Assembly (NCBI GenBank): GCA_002269645.1
Contig: NIVC01000639.1
Coordinates: 166,972-230,971 of the forward strand
DNA length: 64,000 nt
Direction: 5' to 3'
From: Macrostomum lignano
Lineage: Eukaryota
The notes below the pieces were generated by a model that made no database searches, was not told the origin of the DNA, and saw nothing but the letters and a program-made list of their open reading frames with translations. How positions within the stretch are numbered: the first letter of the stretch is position 1; each line of letters begins with the position of its first letter. Below, piece after piece: positions 36,001-48,500 of this stretch. The position numbers and the translations under genes were made by a program.

Positions 36001-37671
36001 ACGACTCGATGGGTTATTTTTATCCCATGGCTTGTTGACTCGAAACATTGAGTCAATTTTTGCTTGCTTCGATGGAGGAGGACAAGATTGCATGCATGAT
36101 GAATCATTGTCCTTGTTGGTACTTGAATTATGGCTGCTTGCAGCACTAGTATTCTGATTGCTTGTAGTCGATACAGAAAAAGGTACTCGTGCTGCCTTAG
36201 CCTTTTCCTCATTTTTTAACGTCTCGTACAGACCAACGTGTTTGTTCTGAAGATGTCTCCAAAGTCCAGTAGTTGAAGAGCTTGTTGTTTTTAATTCTGC
36301 CTTGCATGAGAGGCAGATTGCAGCTTCTTTAACAGGAACTCGGTTAAAATGTTTCCAGATAGGATTGTCCATAATCATGCAGGCAAACAGGTTCTATCTA
36401 GTTATTATATAATTTTAGGCTGCTTCTAACGAATTTTTATCAAATCTAATATCAATTTGAGCTGAAATAATCAGGAAGATTTATAAAGTTAAAAGAAAAA
36501 TAGAATATTTCTTGACTAGAAGATGGCCATAGGAGATTGACTCTGGAATGCTATAGTTTATTTCTTGATTTTGATACTTACAAATCAGCACATTAGTATA
36601 GGAGCCTACATACCTACCTATCTATATATCTATCAATCTACACCTCACCTACATACCTACTACACTTATAGTTTGCTAGAACTAGCCACAGGTGGGCGAA
36701 CAGGGAACACAGTGGAATTGAGACACCTGGGCAAACAGGGAACACAGTGGAATTGAGACACCTGGGCAACTATAACTATATAGCTAGCTAATAGCTATGA
36801 CAAAGTTAAGTAACTAGCCAATTATTAATAAATATTTGATTTCTAGATTTCTAAGTACTTAAGTAAAACAAATTCAAATTTATAACAGCTAGCTAGCTAT
36901 AAAAGTTTGATTAGTTTGACTTTAGTTTGACCATTGATTTTTCAATTTTTGTTTTATAATTGATTAGTAAAAAAAGAAAAAAATTATTAACCAAATAAGT
37001 TATATAACCTATTAATTTGAAGTTACTACTAGGCCCTAATACTTACTACAATAATAAATAAGTCATTAATAGATAATAGAAGTAGCTAAATATATATTTA
37101 TAGATTTAAACATGTAGAACATTGTCTTCTACTAAGATTTCTACTTTCTTTAGATTTCTTTAGATTTAGTCTACCTTGCAATATTAAGCCAATAATTTTA
37201 TAGATTGCATATTTTACTTTGTTGCAATTTCCTTGGCTTAGTTAATAAACTATTTAATCTATAGACTAACATAAACTTAATGCAATATTATACAATGCAT
37301 ATATATATATATATGATAATAAATATCAATATCATATATAGGCCTAGTAGGTCTAATTGTAATTAGTAATAGTAGGGCCTATATGTTACTAGCATAAATG
37401 CTTATGAATAAATAGCAAAGAATTAAAACTAGAATTAAGAAAGAATCAATTAGATTCTGAAAAATCTAAAAAATATATTTTAGAATTATATCTTGTCAAG
37501 AAATTTAAGGCAAGATAAGACAAGACAAGAGCAAGACAAGATGCAATTCTGAATTCTGAAATATATTTTTTTAGATTTACTTTGTCTCGTCTCGTCTCGA
37601 ATTTCTCGACTTATAAGCCTTTCTCGTCTCGAATCTCGTCTCGAATAAAATCTCTAATTTTGACAGCTCTA
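33070..37671 (-). mobile_element. Complete autonomous-looking hAT transposon (4,602 bp)
   Basis: TIRs TAGAGCTGTCA / TGACAGCTCTA; subterminal GAGACGAGA/TCTCGTCTC repeats; exact 8-bp TSD ACTATTTC at 33062-33069 and 37672-37679. Confidence 0.93.
34285..36378 (-). CDS. hAT (Ac/ZBED-like) transposase with BED finger; probable 99-bp in-frame intron at 34859-34761
   Basis: BED finger (WKHF..CLSC..LWRHLQNKH), TSDCWS (D), RDGGSN (D), CACH, ETRWNS, PTSVPSERLFS (E; hATC domain). The GTAAGG...CACAG segment encodes out-of-character sequence. Confidence 0.92.
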   Translation of the reverse strand: MIMDNPIWKHFNRVPVKEAAICLSCKAELKTTSSSTTGLWRHLQNKHVGLYETLKNEEKAKAARVPFSVSTTSNQNTSAASSHNSSTNKDNDSSCMQSCPPPSKQAKIDSMFRVNKPWDKNNPSSRAIDRLIVQMIAVDSQPVSIVEDLGFQRLVAGLEPRYELKSRNYYQKLIEKEYELAKQTVKQQLPDDVEVAVTSDCWSSANQAIALLSVTGHFVTQDLERKNLVLAATPIESAHTGEALSNILLNVIEEFQLNDHVTLLLRDGGSNIRKAASLLQVPDASCACHVLQLCVKEALKEGVLTQTIIKKVKGLVGHFDRSHPAQKQLQNFQGALGLPKNRLIQNVETRWNSSLHMLRRYNEQHAAVAAVLSASSGTTLQALTENELDISARLVTLLEPLDEATEQLSRDAESTSVLIPIIRMLLRKLDKIDFAQISSVHRSLINAIKSRFECFLTNEFYQASTALDGRFKLAFFDSSQHEIIKDYILQELGSRAPPTLSVATAAGKVVENYNVYVLGLYMYVLQCSLRFTNYLFPNTGNEESNYYANVENLGSEDDSHETISAVAESEDQPARAGKTKRLSFLEEFHGIVQSSQAQGPMPAGKAAKVLHDYFANPELLPMSSDPLDHWRNKLRSDNLPSDLKSLIRRYLGAPPTSVPSERLFSKAGRIYEPRRRSLKGENIERLLFLASNMPQLI

Positions 37672-38753
37672 ACTATTTCTATAAAAAGTTTGCTCGAGCT
37701 ATGTACCACAACATTTTGAAAAAAAGCAAAAATTAGAAATTTTCTGTTTGAAAAATACTAGTAAAACTTGTATTTTAAATATTGAATCTGCTTCATAAAA
37801 ATGCAATATTGAAATTAATTAATTAAAAAGCTGTCAATACACTGGCAAACAAAAAGTGCTAATAAAAATAAATAGTATATCAATTTTCTATCAGAGAAAA
37901 TATTGTCTTGTCAGAAGTTTTTGTCTTGCACCAATTTCCAAATTGTGCCAATTTTTTTGTCTTGCACTGTACTAAGCTGGATTTTTCTCCCTTGCCTGCT
38001 GTTGTGCCAGAATGCACGAGCACAGTGCATGTCCAACCCCTTTTGTGCCAGAATTTTCCCTGAAAAAGGCCATCTTCTTGACTAGGGTAACATGGCTAGC
38101 AGACATCCTGCAGCCCTGAGTTTTATTATCTAGCTCCAAATTTTCTTTGCAATATTGCCATCCTGACCAACTAGAATACTACTCTTTTTAGCTTGGTGGT
38201 GAGTGGCAAGACATATAGTAGTCAATGATCAGGTTGTTAGCAATGTAGGCCTATCATTTTATTCTGAACCAGCGCCATTGCAGTGCTTGTCTAGCTAGCG
38301 ATAGTATCATGCTGATGCACCTTCAATGTTAAGCAGGTGATCAGTACGTTGATGGCTTTGCTTGGAATTGCAAAGATTGCTGGTTGCAGGTTTTAATCTA
38401 TTAAGACTCATTATTTGAGGCCTTGAAACTCAGCCTAGTGCTGCTAGTCTAGACTATAGCTTATCTACTAGGATAGGCCTAGTTGCCCTTATAGTGTAGT
38501 AGTTGATTGAGGTGAATGGTGAACCAAGGAAAAGCTGCTCACCAAGTGTAGATAAGCTCATAAACACTTGTTGATTGGCATAATTTCATTAGGGATATCT
38601 GTGCCCAGTACTCATTGACCATCTAAATGAACTAGGAGGCCCTAGTTGGGACTTAGTTGGAAAGTCAAAATATAGAAGTCTTATTTTATATACCAAAAAT
38701 TTTATCAAGGTTGCACATTGGCCTAGCCAATTGATGGGTGCTAGCATGCTTGG

Positions 38754-38883
38754 GTGCAACCTAGGGATTCACCCGGCCGTTTCTATTGGCAACACATACA
38801 TGTAAGTTGCTATTAGATAGAAGATAGAAACTTACATGTGTGTGTTGCCAATCGAAATGGCTGGGTGATTCCCAAGGTTGCAC
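38754..38883. repeat. 130-bp imperfect palindrome (about 55-bp arms, 20-nt loop)
   Basis: GTGCAACCTAGGGATTCACCCGG...CATGTAAGTT pairs with AACTTACATG...GGTTGCAC, with about 6 mismatches. Confidence 0.85.
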
Positions 38884-39527
38884 ATATATAGGTGCTAGGA
38901 ATAGTAGAGTGTGGTATTCAGAAATGCATGATAATACTAGTTGAGCCTAAGGAGTATATTGCGACAACCTTGTTGCCAATTATCACTTATTATACTCTTT
39001 TGGGATTTGCATCTTGACAATTAACTGACAAGCTTACAACCAGCTGCCTAACTAGAAACCACAGTATTGTGAACCACTAGCTGCATTTAGTAAACCCACA
39101 AGATGCAACAAATTCATATGAATCTTATTAAAGTCACATAGGCTCATAGACTAACTAATAAGTTATTAGACTCAACTTAAAATTAACTTCTTATTCATAA
39201 TCATAGCTTAAGCTTCTAAAAGCTTTACTTTTGAGCTTCTAAATAATAGTAGGTTCACTAGGGTGTTCCATTGTCTATATATAATAAATGATTACTATTT
39301 GATATTTGATAGCAGAGTTTAAATGCTTATTAAAAATGAAATCTGTAGCTATCCGAAATCAAGGAATCTGGGTATTGATTCTGACCTAAAATCCTAGGCT
39401 CTCAAGTTTGCCTGATTTGATCTTGTCTGACCCCTATTTAGCTCGTATTAGCAGGAGTTTTAACAGTATTTTCATCCCACCTAATCCTGTAATCAACTGA
39501 CTCCCCTTCTCCAGCATCAGCTGGGCA

Positions 39528-42500
39528 ATGAGCTCCAGCAGCTGCATCATCAACAATGGCAGCTGCAGCAGTGCCAGGCCAGTTGGCCACCCACACGGTG
39601 CAGTCCAGGTGGCATCTGACAATGAAGACAGCACCTCCGACCGCTTTGTGCTGGCCAGCGACTCCCTGCCACACAGCCCCGCGGCCTCGGCTGGCGACCC
39701 CGCCAGCTCTGGAGATGCCGCGGCACCCTGCACAGTCGCCTTTCGTACAGAGCACCCAGAGGGCACCCGCCTGCACCGCCTGGCCTTCGCTGGCGACGTG
39801 GCCGCCCTGGCCAGGGCTGTGCGCGACCTCGGATCCGAGGAGGTGGCCCGGCTTATCAATATCCAGGATAAGCATGGTGAGAGTCGCCGCTGTTTTGGTT
39901 GCTATGGAAACAAGCTAACTGTCGGCCTAACTGTGTCAGATCTAGATAGAGTATTTAGTATATAGTGGATTGCTTGATGAATTAGGTAGTATGGTTAAGT
40001 TCACGACAAACTTCTGGGCGCTGCCCAGATCTGGCTCTGATAAGCAGCCGAAGTTGTTGCTGGGCAACCATGTTTGTATTTATAGGTGAAATCTTAAAAA
40101 AACAGTAGTCAATCTTGGTTGCTAGGCAACCATATTTGTAGGTAAAATCTTAAAAACAGTACTTAATCTTGGTTGCTAAGCGTCTATCTATCTTTGTGTG
40201 AAGGTAAAATCTTTAAAAAAAAGTAGTTAATATTGGTTGCTAGGCAACCATGTTTTTCTGTAAGTAAAATCTTTAAAACAGTACTCAATCTTGGTTGCTA
40301 GGCATCTATCTTTGTTTATAGGTAAGATCTTGAAAAACAATACTCAATATTGGTTGCTAGGCAACTATCTTTGTTTTTAGGTAAAATAGTAAAAAACAGT
40401 ACTCAATCTTGGTTGCTAAGTAACCATCTTTGTTTGTAGGTAAAATCTAAAAAAACAGTACTCAATCTTGGTTGCTAGGCAACCATCTTTGTTTGTAGGT
40501 AAAATCTTAAAAAACAGTATTCGATCTTGGTTGCTAGGCAACCATCTTTGTTTGTAGGTAAAATCTTAAAAACAGTAGTCAATGTTTGTCAATGGGGATT
40601 GTGTTTCGGGATTTGTTTCGAATAGGATTTGTTTGTAGGTAAAATAGTAAAAACAGTACTCAATCCTGGTTGCTAGGCAAGTTGAACTAATCAAAGCATC
40701 TATCTTCGTTGCCAGGCAACACAGCGATACACATCGCAATAATGCGCGGTCACCACGCCTGCGTGACGCTACTGACGGGCGAGGGCGCCTCCGTGCGGAT
40801 CCGCAACCGGGAGTGCTGGTCACCCATCTGCGAGGCCGTCAGCTATGGGGACAGGAAGACCAGTAGGTGGCTCGCGTGTTGCAAGGCTGGGATGGTGTGT
40901 CTGGGTCTGTGTTGCGGCTGTCTGTAATGTGTCTCTTTTTGTGTTGTGTCTGGGTCTGTGTTGCGGCTGTCTGTAATGTGTCTCTTTCTGTGTTGTGTCT
41001 GGGTCTTTGAGTTTTTTCTGGGTTTCTGTGGTCTGTATCACTGAGCTATTTCCGTCTTTGTGGTGTTATGTGACTCTGAGGTGTGTCTTGGTCTATGTGT
41101 TGTCTAGATCTCCAGTTATCTGCAGTACCTTTGTGTTTTTTACCTGTGTCTCTCAAGGTATCTCTGGGTCGATCTGGGTCCTTTCTTCTGTCTGGATTTG
41201 CCTGGGTCTCTTAGGGTATCCCTGGGGTCTCTCAGGGTATCCCTGGGGTCTCTCAGGGTATCCCTGGGGTTTCTCAAGGTATCCCTGGGTCTCTTAGGGT
41301 ATCCCTGGGTCTCTCAAGATATCCCTGGGTCTCTCAAGATATCCCTGGGTCTCTCAAGATATCCCTGGGTCTCTCAAGATATCCCTGGGTCTCTTAGGCT
41401 ATCCCTGGGTCTCTCAGGGCGTCCCTGGTGTCTGTGTATGCCTGGGTCTCTATGGGTGTCCCTGGTGTCTGTGTATGCCTGGGTCTCTATGGCTGTCCCT
41501 GGTGTCTGTGTATGCCTGGGTCTCTCAAGGTGTCCCTGGTGTCTGTGTATGCCTGGGTCTCTCAGGGTGTCCCTGGTGTCTGTGTATGCCTGGGTCTCTC
41601 AAGGTGTCCCTGGTGTCTATGTATGCCTGGGTCTCTCAGGGTGTCCCTGGTGTCTGTGTATGCCTGGATGTCTCAGGGTGTCCCTGGGTCTCTCAAGGTG
41701 TCCCTGGTGTCTGTGTATGCCTGGGTCTCTCAAGGTGTCCCTGGTGTCTGTGTATGCCTGGGTCTCTCAAGGTGTCCCTAGTGTCTGTGTATGCCTGGGT
41801 CTCTATGGGTGTCCCTGGTGTCGGTGTATGCCTGGGTCTCTCAGGGTGTCCCTGGTGTCTGTGTATGCCTGGGTCTCTCAAGGTGTCCCTGGTGTCTGTG
41901 TATGCCTGGATGTCTCAGGGTGTCCCTGGGTCTCTCAAGGTGTCCCTGGTGTCTGTGTATGCCTGGGTCTCTCAAGGTGTCCCTGGTGTCTGTGTATGCC
42001 TGGGTCTCTCAAGGTGTCCCTAGTGTCTGTGTATGCCTGGGTCTCTATGGGTGTCCCTGGTGTCTGTGTATGCCTGGGTCTCTCAGGGTGTCCCTGGTGT
42101 CTGTGTATGCCTGGGTCTCTATGGGTGTCCCTGGTGTCTGTGTATGCCTGGGTCTCTATGGGTGTCCCTGGTGTCTGTGTATGCCTGGGTCTCTCAAGGT
42201 GTCCCTGGTGTCTGTGTATGCCTGGGTCTTTCAAGGTGTCCCTGGTGTCTGTGTATGCCTGGGTCTCTCAGGGTGTCCCTGGTGTCTGTGTATGCCTGGG
42301 TCTCTCAGGGTGTCCCTGGGTGTCTGTGTATGCCTGGGTCTCTATGGGTGTCCCTGGTGTCTGTGTATGCCTGGGTCTTTCAAGGTGTCCCTGGTGTCTG
42401 TGTATGCCTGGGTCTCTCAAGGTGTCCCTGGTGTCTGTGTATGCCTGGGTCTCTCAAGGTGTCCCTGGTGTCTGTGTATGCCTGGGTCTCTCAAGGTGTC

Positions 42501-45500
42501 CCTGGTGTCTGTGTATGCCTGGGTCTCTATGGGTGTCCCTGGTGTCTGTGTATGCCTGGGTCTCTATGGGTGTCCCTGGTGTCTGTGTATGCCTGGGTCT
42601 CTATGGGTGTCCCTGGTGTCTGTGTATGCCTGGGTCTTTCAAGGTGTCCCTGGTGTCTGTGTATGCCTGGGTCTCTCAAGGTGTCCCTGGTGTCTGTGTA
42701 TGCCTGGGTCTCTATGGGTGTCCCTGGTGTCTGTGTATGCCTGGGTCTCTATGGGTGTCCCTGGTGTCTGTGTATGCCTGGGTCTCTATGGGTGTCCCTG
42801 GTGTCTGTGTATGCCTGGGTCTCTATGGTCCATCGGGTGCTCTTTTGGGCGAGTCTGGCTCTGTTTTTTGCAGCAGATTTTCTTGTTTTTTATCTTACAA
42901 AGAAGGCTTCTGGTCTGGCGTGTGTCTTCATCTGCGGGTCACGAGTCTGTGTGCGGGCTGCAGCTGTGAGCAGCGCCTTCATCCTCTCCCCAGTCAGAAT
43001 TTCTCGAAACCCCAGCTGCTTCGGTGCTCAATTGGAACAGACATTTTATTATTATGGATTCTGTGTTCCCAGCACTAACGATAACCCGCTCTGGCAGGCC
43101 GCCTTCCCGCCACCCCGCCCTCGCCTTTGAGTCCTCGGGCGCGCGCGCCGCCTTAATCGGCTTGAGGGTGGAGGGGGGGGGGTAATTAACTAGAGGGAAA
43201 GAGACTGTAAGCCTCATCGGCTCTTAATCAGCGTCTGCAAATGACTGAGCTGTGTCTGCTTAGGAATGCTTATTGTATTTACTGACTGAGCTCCCTGTGT
43301 GATCTTGATGGCGCTGCTGAGCTGCCCTGGAATTCCCGTAGCTCTAGCCATTAGCTCCGCATTGTAAGCCGCTGTTGAGTGACAGACCGGCTGACGGACT
43401 GAGTGACAGACTGACTGACAGACTGGCTGACAGAGTAGCTGACAGACTGGCTGACAGAGTGTCTGACAGAGTGTCTGACAGTGGCTGACAGACTGTCTGA
43501 CAGACTTAGTGACAGATTGGCTAGCTGACTGAGTGACAGACTGAGTGACAGACTGGCTGACAGACTTAGTGACAGACTGAGTGACAGACTGGCTGACAGA
43601 GTGTCTGACAGAGTGTCTGACAGAGTGGCTGACAGACTGTCTGACAGACTTAGTGACAGATTGGCTAGCTGACTGAGTGACAGACTGAGTGACAGACTGA
43701 GTGACAGACTGGCTGACAGACTTAGTGACAGACTGGCTGACAGACTGAGTGACAGACTGGCTGACAGAGTGTCTGACAGAGTGGCTGACAGACTGTCTGA
43801 CAGACTGTCTGACAGACTTAGTGACAGATTGGCTAGCTGACTGAGTGACAGACTGAGTGACAGACTGGCTGACAGACTTAGTGACAGACTGGCTGACAGA
43901 CTGAGTGACAGACTGGCTGACAGACTGAGTGACAGACTGGCTGACAGACTAGCTGACACACTGACTGAAAGATTCCAATGCCAAACCCATTTCCAGTCCT
44001 GCACATCATCCGCCTGCTGCACCGGGAGCTGCAGGAGCTCGGCGAATCGCGCAGGCAGGACCTCATCCGGCTGCTCAAGTCTCTGCCGGACTTCTACCTG
44101 GAGATCAAGTGGGACTTCCAGACCTGGGGTGAGTGGCAGCTTAGTTTCCTGTCAATCCGACTGCCACCACCTGGTCGGTCACTCCCACTGCCGCACCTGT
44201 CACTCTCCCACCTGATGCGTCACTCCCTCTGCCACACCTGTCACTCCCACCTGATGCATCACTCCCTCTGCCACACCTATCACCCCCCACCTGATCCGTC
44301 ACTCCCTCCGCCACACCTATCACCCCCCACCTGATCCGTCACTCCCTCCGCCACACCTATCACCCCCACCTGATCCGTCACTCCCTCTGCCACACCTGTC
44401 ACTCTCCCACCTGATGCGTCACTCCCTCTGCCACACCTGTCACTCCCACCTGATGCGTCACTCCCTCTGTCACACCTGTCACTCTCCCACCTGATCCGTC
44501 ACTCTCTCTGCCACACCTGTCACTCTCCCACCTGATGCGTCAGTCCCTCTGCCACACCTGTCACTCCCATCTGATCCGTCACTCCTCTGCCACACCTGTC
44601 ACTCTCCCACCTGATCCGTCACTCCTCTGCCACACCTGTCACTCTCCCACCTGATGCGTCACTCCCTCTGCCACACCTGTCACTCTCCACTCTCCCATCT
44701 GATCCGTCACTCCCTCTGTCACACATGTCACTCTCCCAACTGATCCGTCACTTCCTCTGCCACACCTGTCGCTCTCCCACCTGATCCGTCACTCCCTCTG
44801 CCACACCTGTCACTCTACCAATTGATCGGTCACTCCCTCTGCCACACCTGTCACTCTCCACTCTCCCATCTGATCCGTCACTCCCTCTGTCACACCTGTC
44901 ACTCTCCCACCCGATCCGTCACTCCCGCATCCCCCACGCAGTGCCTCTGCTGTCCCGCCTGCTGCCCAGCGACGTGTGCCGGCTGTACAAGAAGGGCGCC
45001 CGTGTCCGCATGGACAGCACCCTGGTGGACTTTGAGGACATGCGCTGGACTCGGGGCGACATCTCCTTCTTGTACAACGGCGAGGAGAAGGCGCGCAACG
45101 CCTTCGTCATGCTGGACAACGCGGCCCGCTGCTACCAGCGGATGCGGCGCGAGAGGAACAGCGAGAGGGACCTGGCCTCCGAGGCAGACATGCTCATGGC
45201 CAGCGATGTGGTCTTCGCCAAGCTCGACACCGCCAGGGCCAAGTTCTCCAGGCAGCAACAGGTGGGAGTCTGTGCGGGACTGCCTGCTGAGCAGTGGGAT
45301 TCCTGTGTCTGTGGGATTCCTGTGTCTGTGGGATTTATGTATCTATGGGATTCCTGTGCCTGTGGGATTCCTGTTTTTGTGGGATTCCTGTGTCTGTGGG
45401 ATTCCTGTGTCTGTGGGATTCCTGTGTCTATGGGATTCCTGTGCCTGTGGGATTCCTGTGTCTGTGGGATTCCTGTGTCTGTGGGATTCCTGTGTCTGTG

Positions 45501-48500
45501 GGATTCCTGTGTCTGTGGAATTCCTGTGTCTGTGGGATTCCTGTGTCTGTGGGATTCCTGTGCCTGTGGGATTCCTATGCCTGTGGGGATTCCTGTGTCT
45601 GTGGGGTTCCTGTGTCTGTGGGATTCCTGTGCCTGTGGGATTCCTATGCCTGTGGGGATTCCTGTGTCTGTGGGATTCCTGTGTTTATGGGATTCCTGTG
45701 TCTGTGGGATTCCTGTGTCTGTGGGATTTATGTATCTATGGGATTCCTGTGCCTGTGGGATTCCTGTGTCTGTGGGATTCCTGTGTCTGTGGGATTCCTG
45801 TGTCTGTGGAATTCCTGTGCCTGTGGGATTCCTGTGTCTGTGGGATTCCTGTGTCTGTGGGATTTATGTATCTATGGGATTCCTGTGTCTGTGGGATTCC
45901 TGTGCCTGTGGGATTCCTGTGTTTGTGGGATTCCTGTGTCTGTGGGATTCCTGTGCCTGTGGGATTCCTATGCCTGTGGGATTCCTGTGTTTGTGGGATT
46001 CCTGTGTCTGTGGGATTCCTGTGCCTGTGGGATTCCTGTGTCTGTGGGATTCCTGTGTCTGTGGGATTCCTGTGTCTGTGGGATTCCTGTGTGTCTGTGG
46101 GATTCCTGTGTCTGTGGAATTCCTGTGTCTGTGGGATTTATGTATCTATGGGATTCCTGTGTCTGTGGGATTCCTGTGTCTGTGGGATTCCTGTGTCTGT
46201 GGGATTTATGTATCTATGGGATTCCTGTGTCTGTGGAATTCCTGTGTCTGTGGGATTCCTGTGTCTGTGGGATTCCTGTGTCTGTGGGATTCCTGTGTCT
46301 GTGGGATTCCTGTGTCTGTGGGATTTATGTATCTATGGGATTCCTGTGTCTGTGGGATTCCTATGTCTGTGGGATTCCTGTGCCTGTGGGATTCCTGTGT
46401 TTGTGGGATTCCTGTGTCTGTGGGATTCCTGTGTCTGTGGGATTCCTGTGTCTGTGGGATCTGAATCAATGGATGCTCATAATGTTCCATCCTCAGTTTC
46501 GTGAGTCTTGGCTTCATCTCTATGTGCCCAGGCCTCCCAGCTTCATGTACTCACTCACCCGAGCTCCATCACTCCCCCCTCCGCAGGGCTGGCTGTGGCG
46601 GCGGCACGAGCGCAGCGAGCAGGTGGGTGACTGGAGCGCCAGCTTCTACGAGGTGCGCGGCCTGCGGCTGTGCGTGCGGAAGCGGCGCGAGCACCTGTCT
46701 GCTGAGGACGTCCGGCGCAACAAGGAGGTGATGGAGAAATTCGCCAAAGGTCACGTGGCCCAGAATCTCGAATTCGAGGAGCGCCATTCGCTGCCGCCGC
46801 CGACCCCGCCGCCGGAGCCCGAGGATGAGGTGGCCCTGGAAGCTGCCTGGGCGGCCTACCTGGCCGGAGACAGTCCCTACCTGGGCCGCAAGCCCGTGCT
46901 GAAGGACAGCATCAAGACCCACACATGCCGGCTGGCTATGGCCGAGGATTTCCCGCTGGATGTGAAGCAGTAAGCAGTTTCCCTGTGAGATTCCTATCAT
47001 GAGATTGTGAGATTCCTAATTTCCTACCATGAAATTAAAATTCCTACCGTGAGATTATAAGACTCCTACCATGCGATTGTAGATTCCTACCATGAGATTG
47101 TGAGATTCCTACCGTGAGACTATGAGGCTCCTACCATGGGATTGTGAGATTCCTACCATGAGATTATGAAACTTCTAACATGAGATTGTGAGATTCCTAC
47201 CGTGAGATTATGAGGCTCCTACCATGGGATTGTGAGATTCCTACCATGAGATTATGAAACTTCTAACATGAGATTGTGAGATTCCTATCGTGAGATTAAA
47301 ATTCCTACCGTGAGATTATAAGACTCCTACCATGAGATTGTAGATTCCTACTATGAGATTGTGAGATTCCTACCATGAGATTGTAGATTCTTACCATGAG
47401 ATTGTAAGATTCCTACCATGAGATTGTAGATTCTTACCATGAGATTGTAAGATTCCTACCATGAGATTGTAGATTCTTACCATGAGTTTGTGTGGTATTT
47501 ACTGTGAGATTGTGAGGCTCCTACCATGAGAATATGAGATTCCTACCATGAGATTGTGAGATTCCTATCATGATATTGTGAGATTACTACTATGAGATTG
47601 TGAGATTCCTACCATGAGATTGTGAGATTCCTACCATGAGATTGTGAGATTCCTACCATGAGATTGTGAGATTCCTATCATGAGATTATGAAACTTCTTC
47701 CATGAGATTGTGTGGTATTTTACTGTGAGATTGTGAGGCTCCTACCATGAGAATATGAGATTCCTACCATGAGATTGTGAGATTCCTATCATGATATTGT
47801 GAGATTACTACTATGAGATTGTGAGATTCCTACCATGAGATTGTCAGATTCCTACCATGAGATTGTGAGATTCCTATCATGAGATTGTGAGATTCCTACC
47901 ATGAGATTGTCAGATTCCTACCATGAGATTGTGAGATTCCTATCATGAGATTGTGAGACTCCTACCATGAGATTGTGAGATAACTATTATGAGATTGTGA
48001 GATTCCTATCATGAGATTGTGAGATTACTACTATGAGATTGTGTGATTCCTACCATGAGATTGTGAGATTGCTACCATGATATTGTGAGATTCTTGCAAT
48101 TCCTAGCATTAAGATTCCAGTATGAGATTTCCCCTGGAATTATCCCAAGACCGCAGTCCCAAACCCCAATTCGATCCGCCAGATTCCTCGAGCTGCTCCG
48201 CCTGCTGGCGCCGTTCAAGCAGTTCAACCGGTTGCGCGAATTCCTCAGCAACCAGCTGCCGCCCGGGTTCCCGGTGAAGATCGGTGAGCTTCGCTTTGGT
48301 GACAGTGCGGCACCATAGGCGGCCATGCCTACTTGCAGTAGTATAAGTGCTGTGGGATGCAGTCTTGCAGTTTTTTGCTAGTGATTTGCAATTGGATATG
48401 AGCAGTGCAGAGGTAATACCAAATAATGAATATATAAATATGAGCAAGCTATAAGTAGGTGGCATGGCCTTTATGAGCAGGTTAAAATAGACATAACCAT

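Larger units (their letters stand above)
32805..38084. mobile_element. Older non-autonomous element(s) hosting the hAT insertion
   Basis: TAGTCAGGAAGGTGGC (32805) and TAGTCAGGATCATGGC (32991) versus GCCATCTTCTTGACTA (ending 38084); TGTGCGCCA/TGTGCCA subterminal repeats on both sides. No TSD found. Confidence 0.45.

Noticed and set aside
32805-38084. Precise boundaries and TSD for the outer element
   Set aside because: Flanks (CCATACCA or GGGCTCCA versus GGGTAACA) do not match, so it is kept only as a low-confidence feature.
43378-43960. Similarity of the 12-bp array (TGACAGACTGTCTGACA) to the reverse-complement core of the 29-bp array
   Set aside because: Short, low-complexity match; common origin cannot be supported.
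41198-46973. Long ORFs of 365-626 aa in the track (41198-43078, 41791-42969, 44822-46504, 45294-46973)
   Set aside because: They are translations of stop-free intronic minisatellites; only the embedded ANKRD13 exons are real coding sequence.
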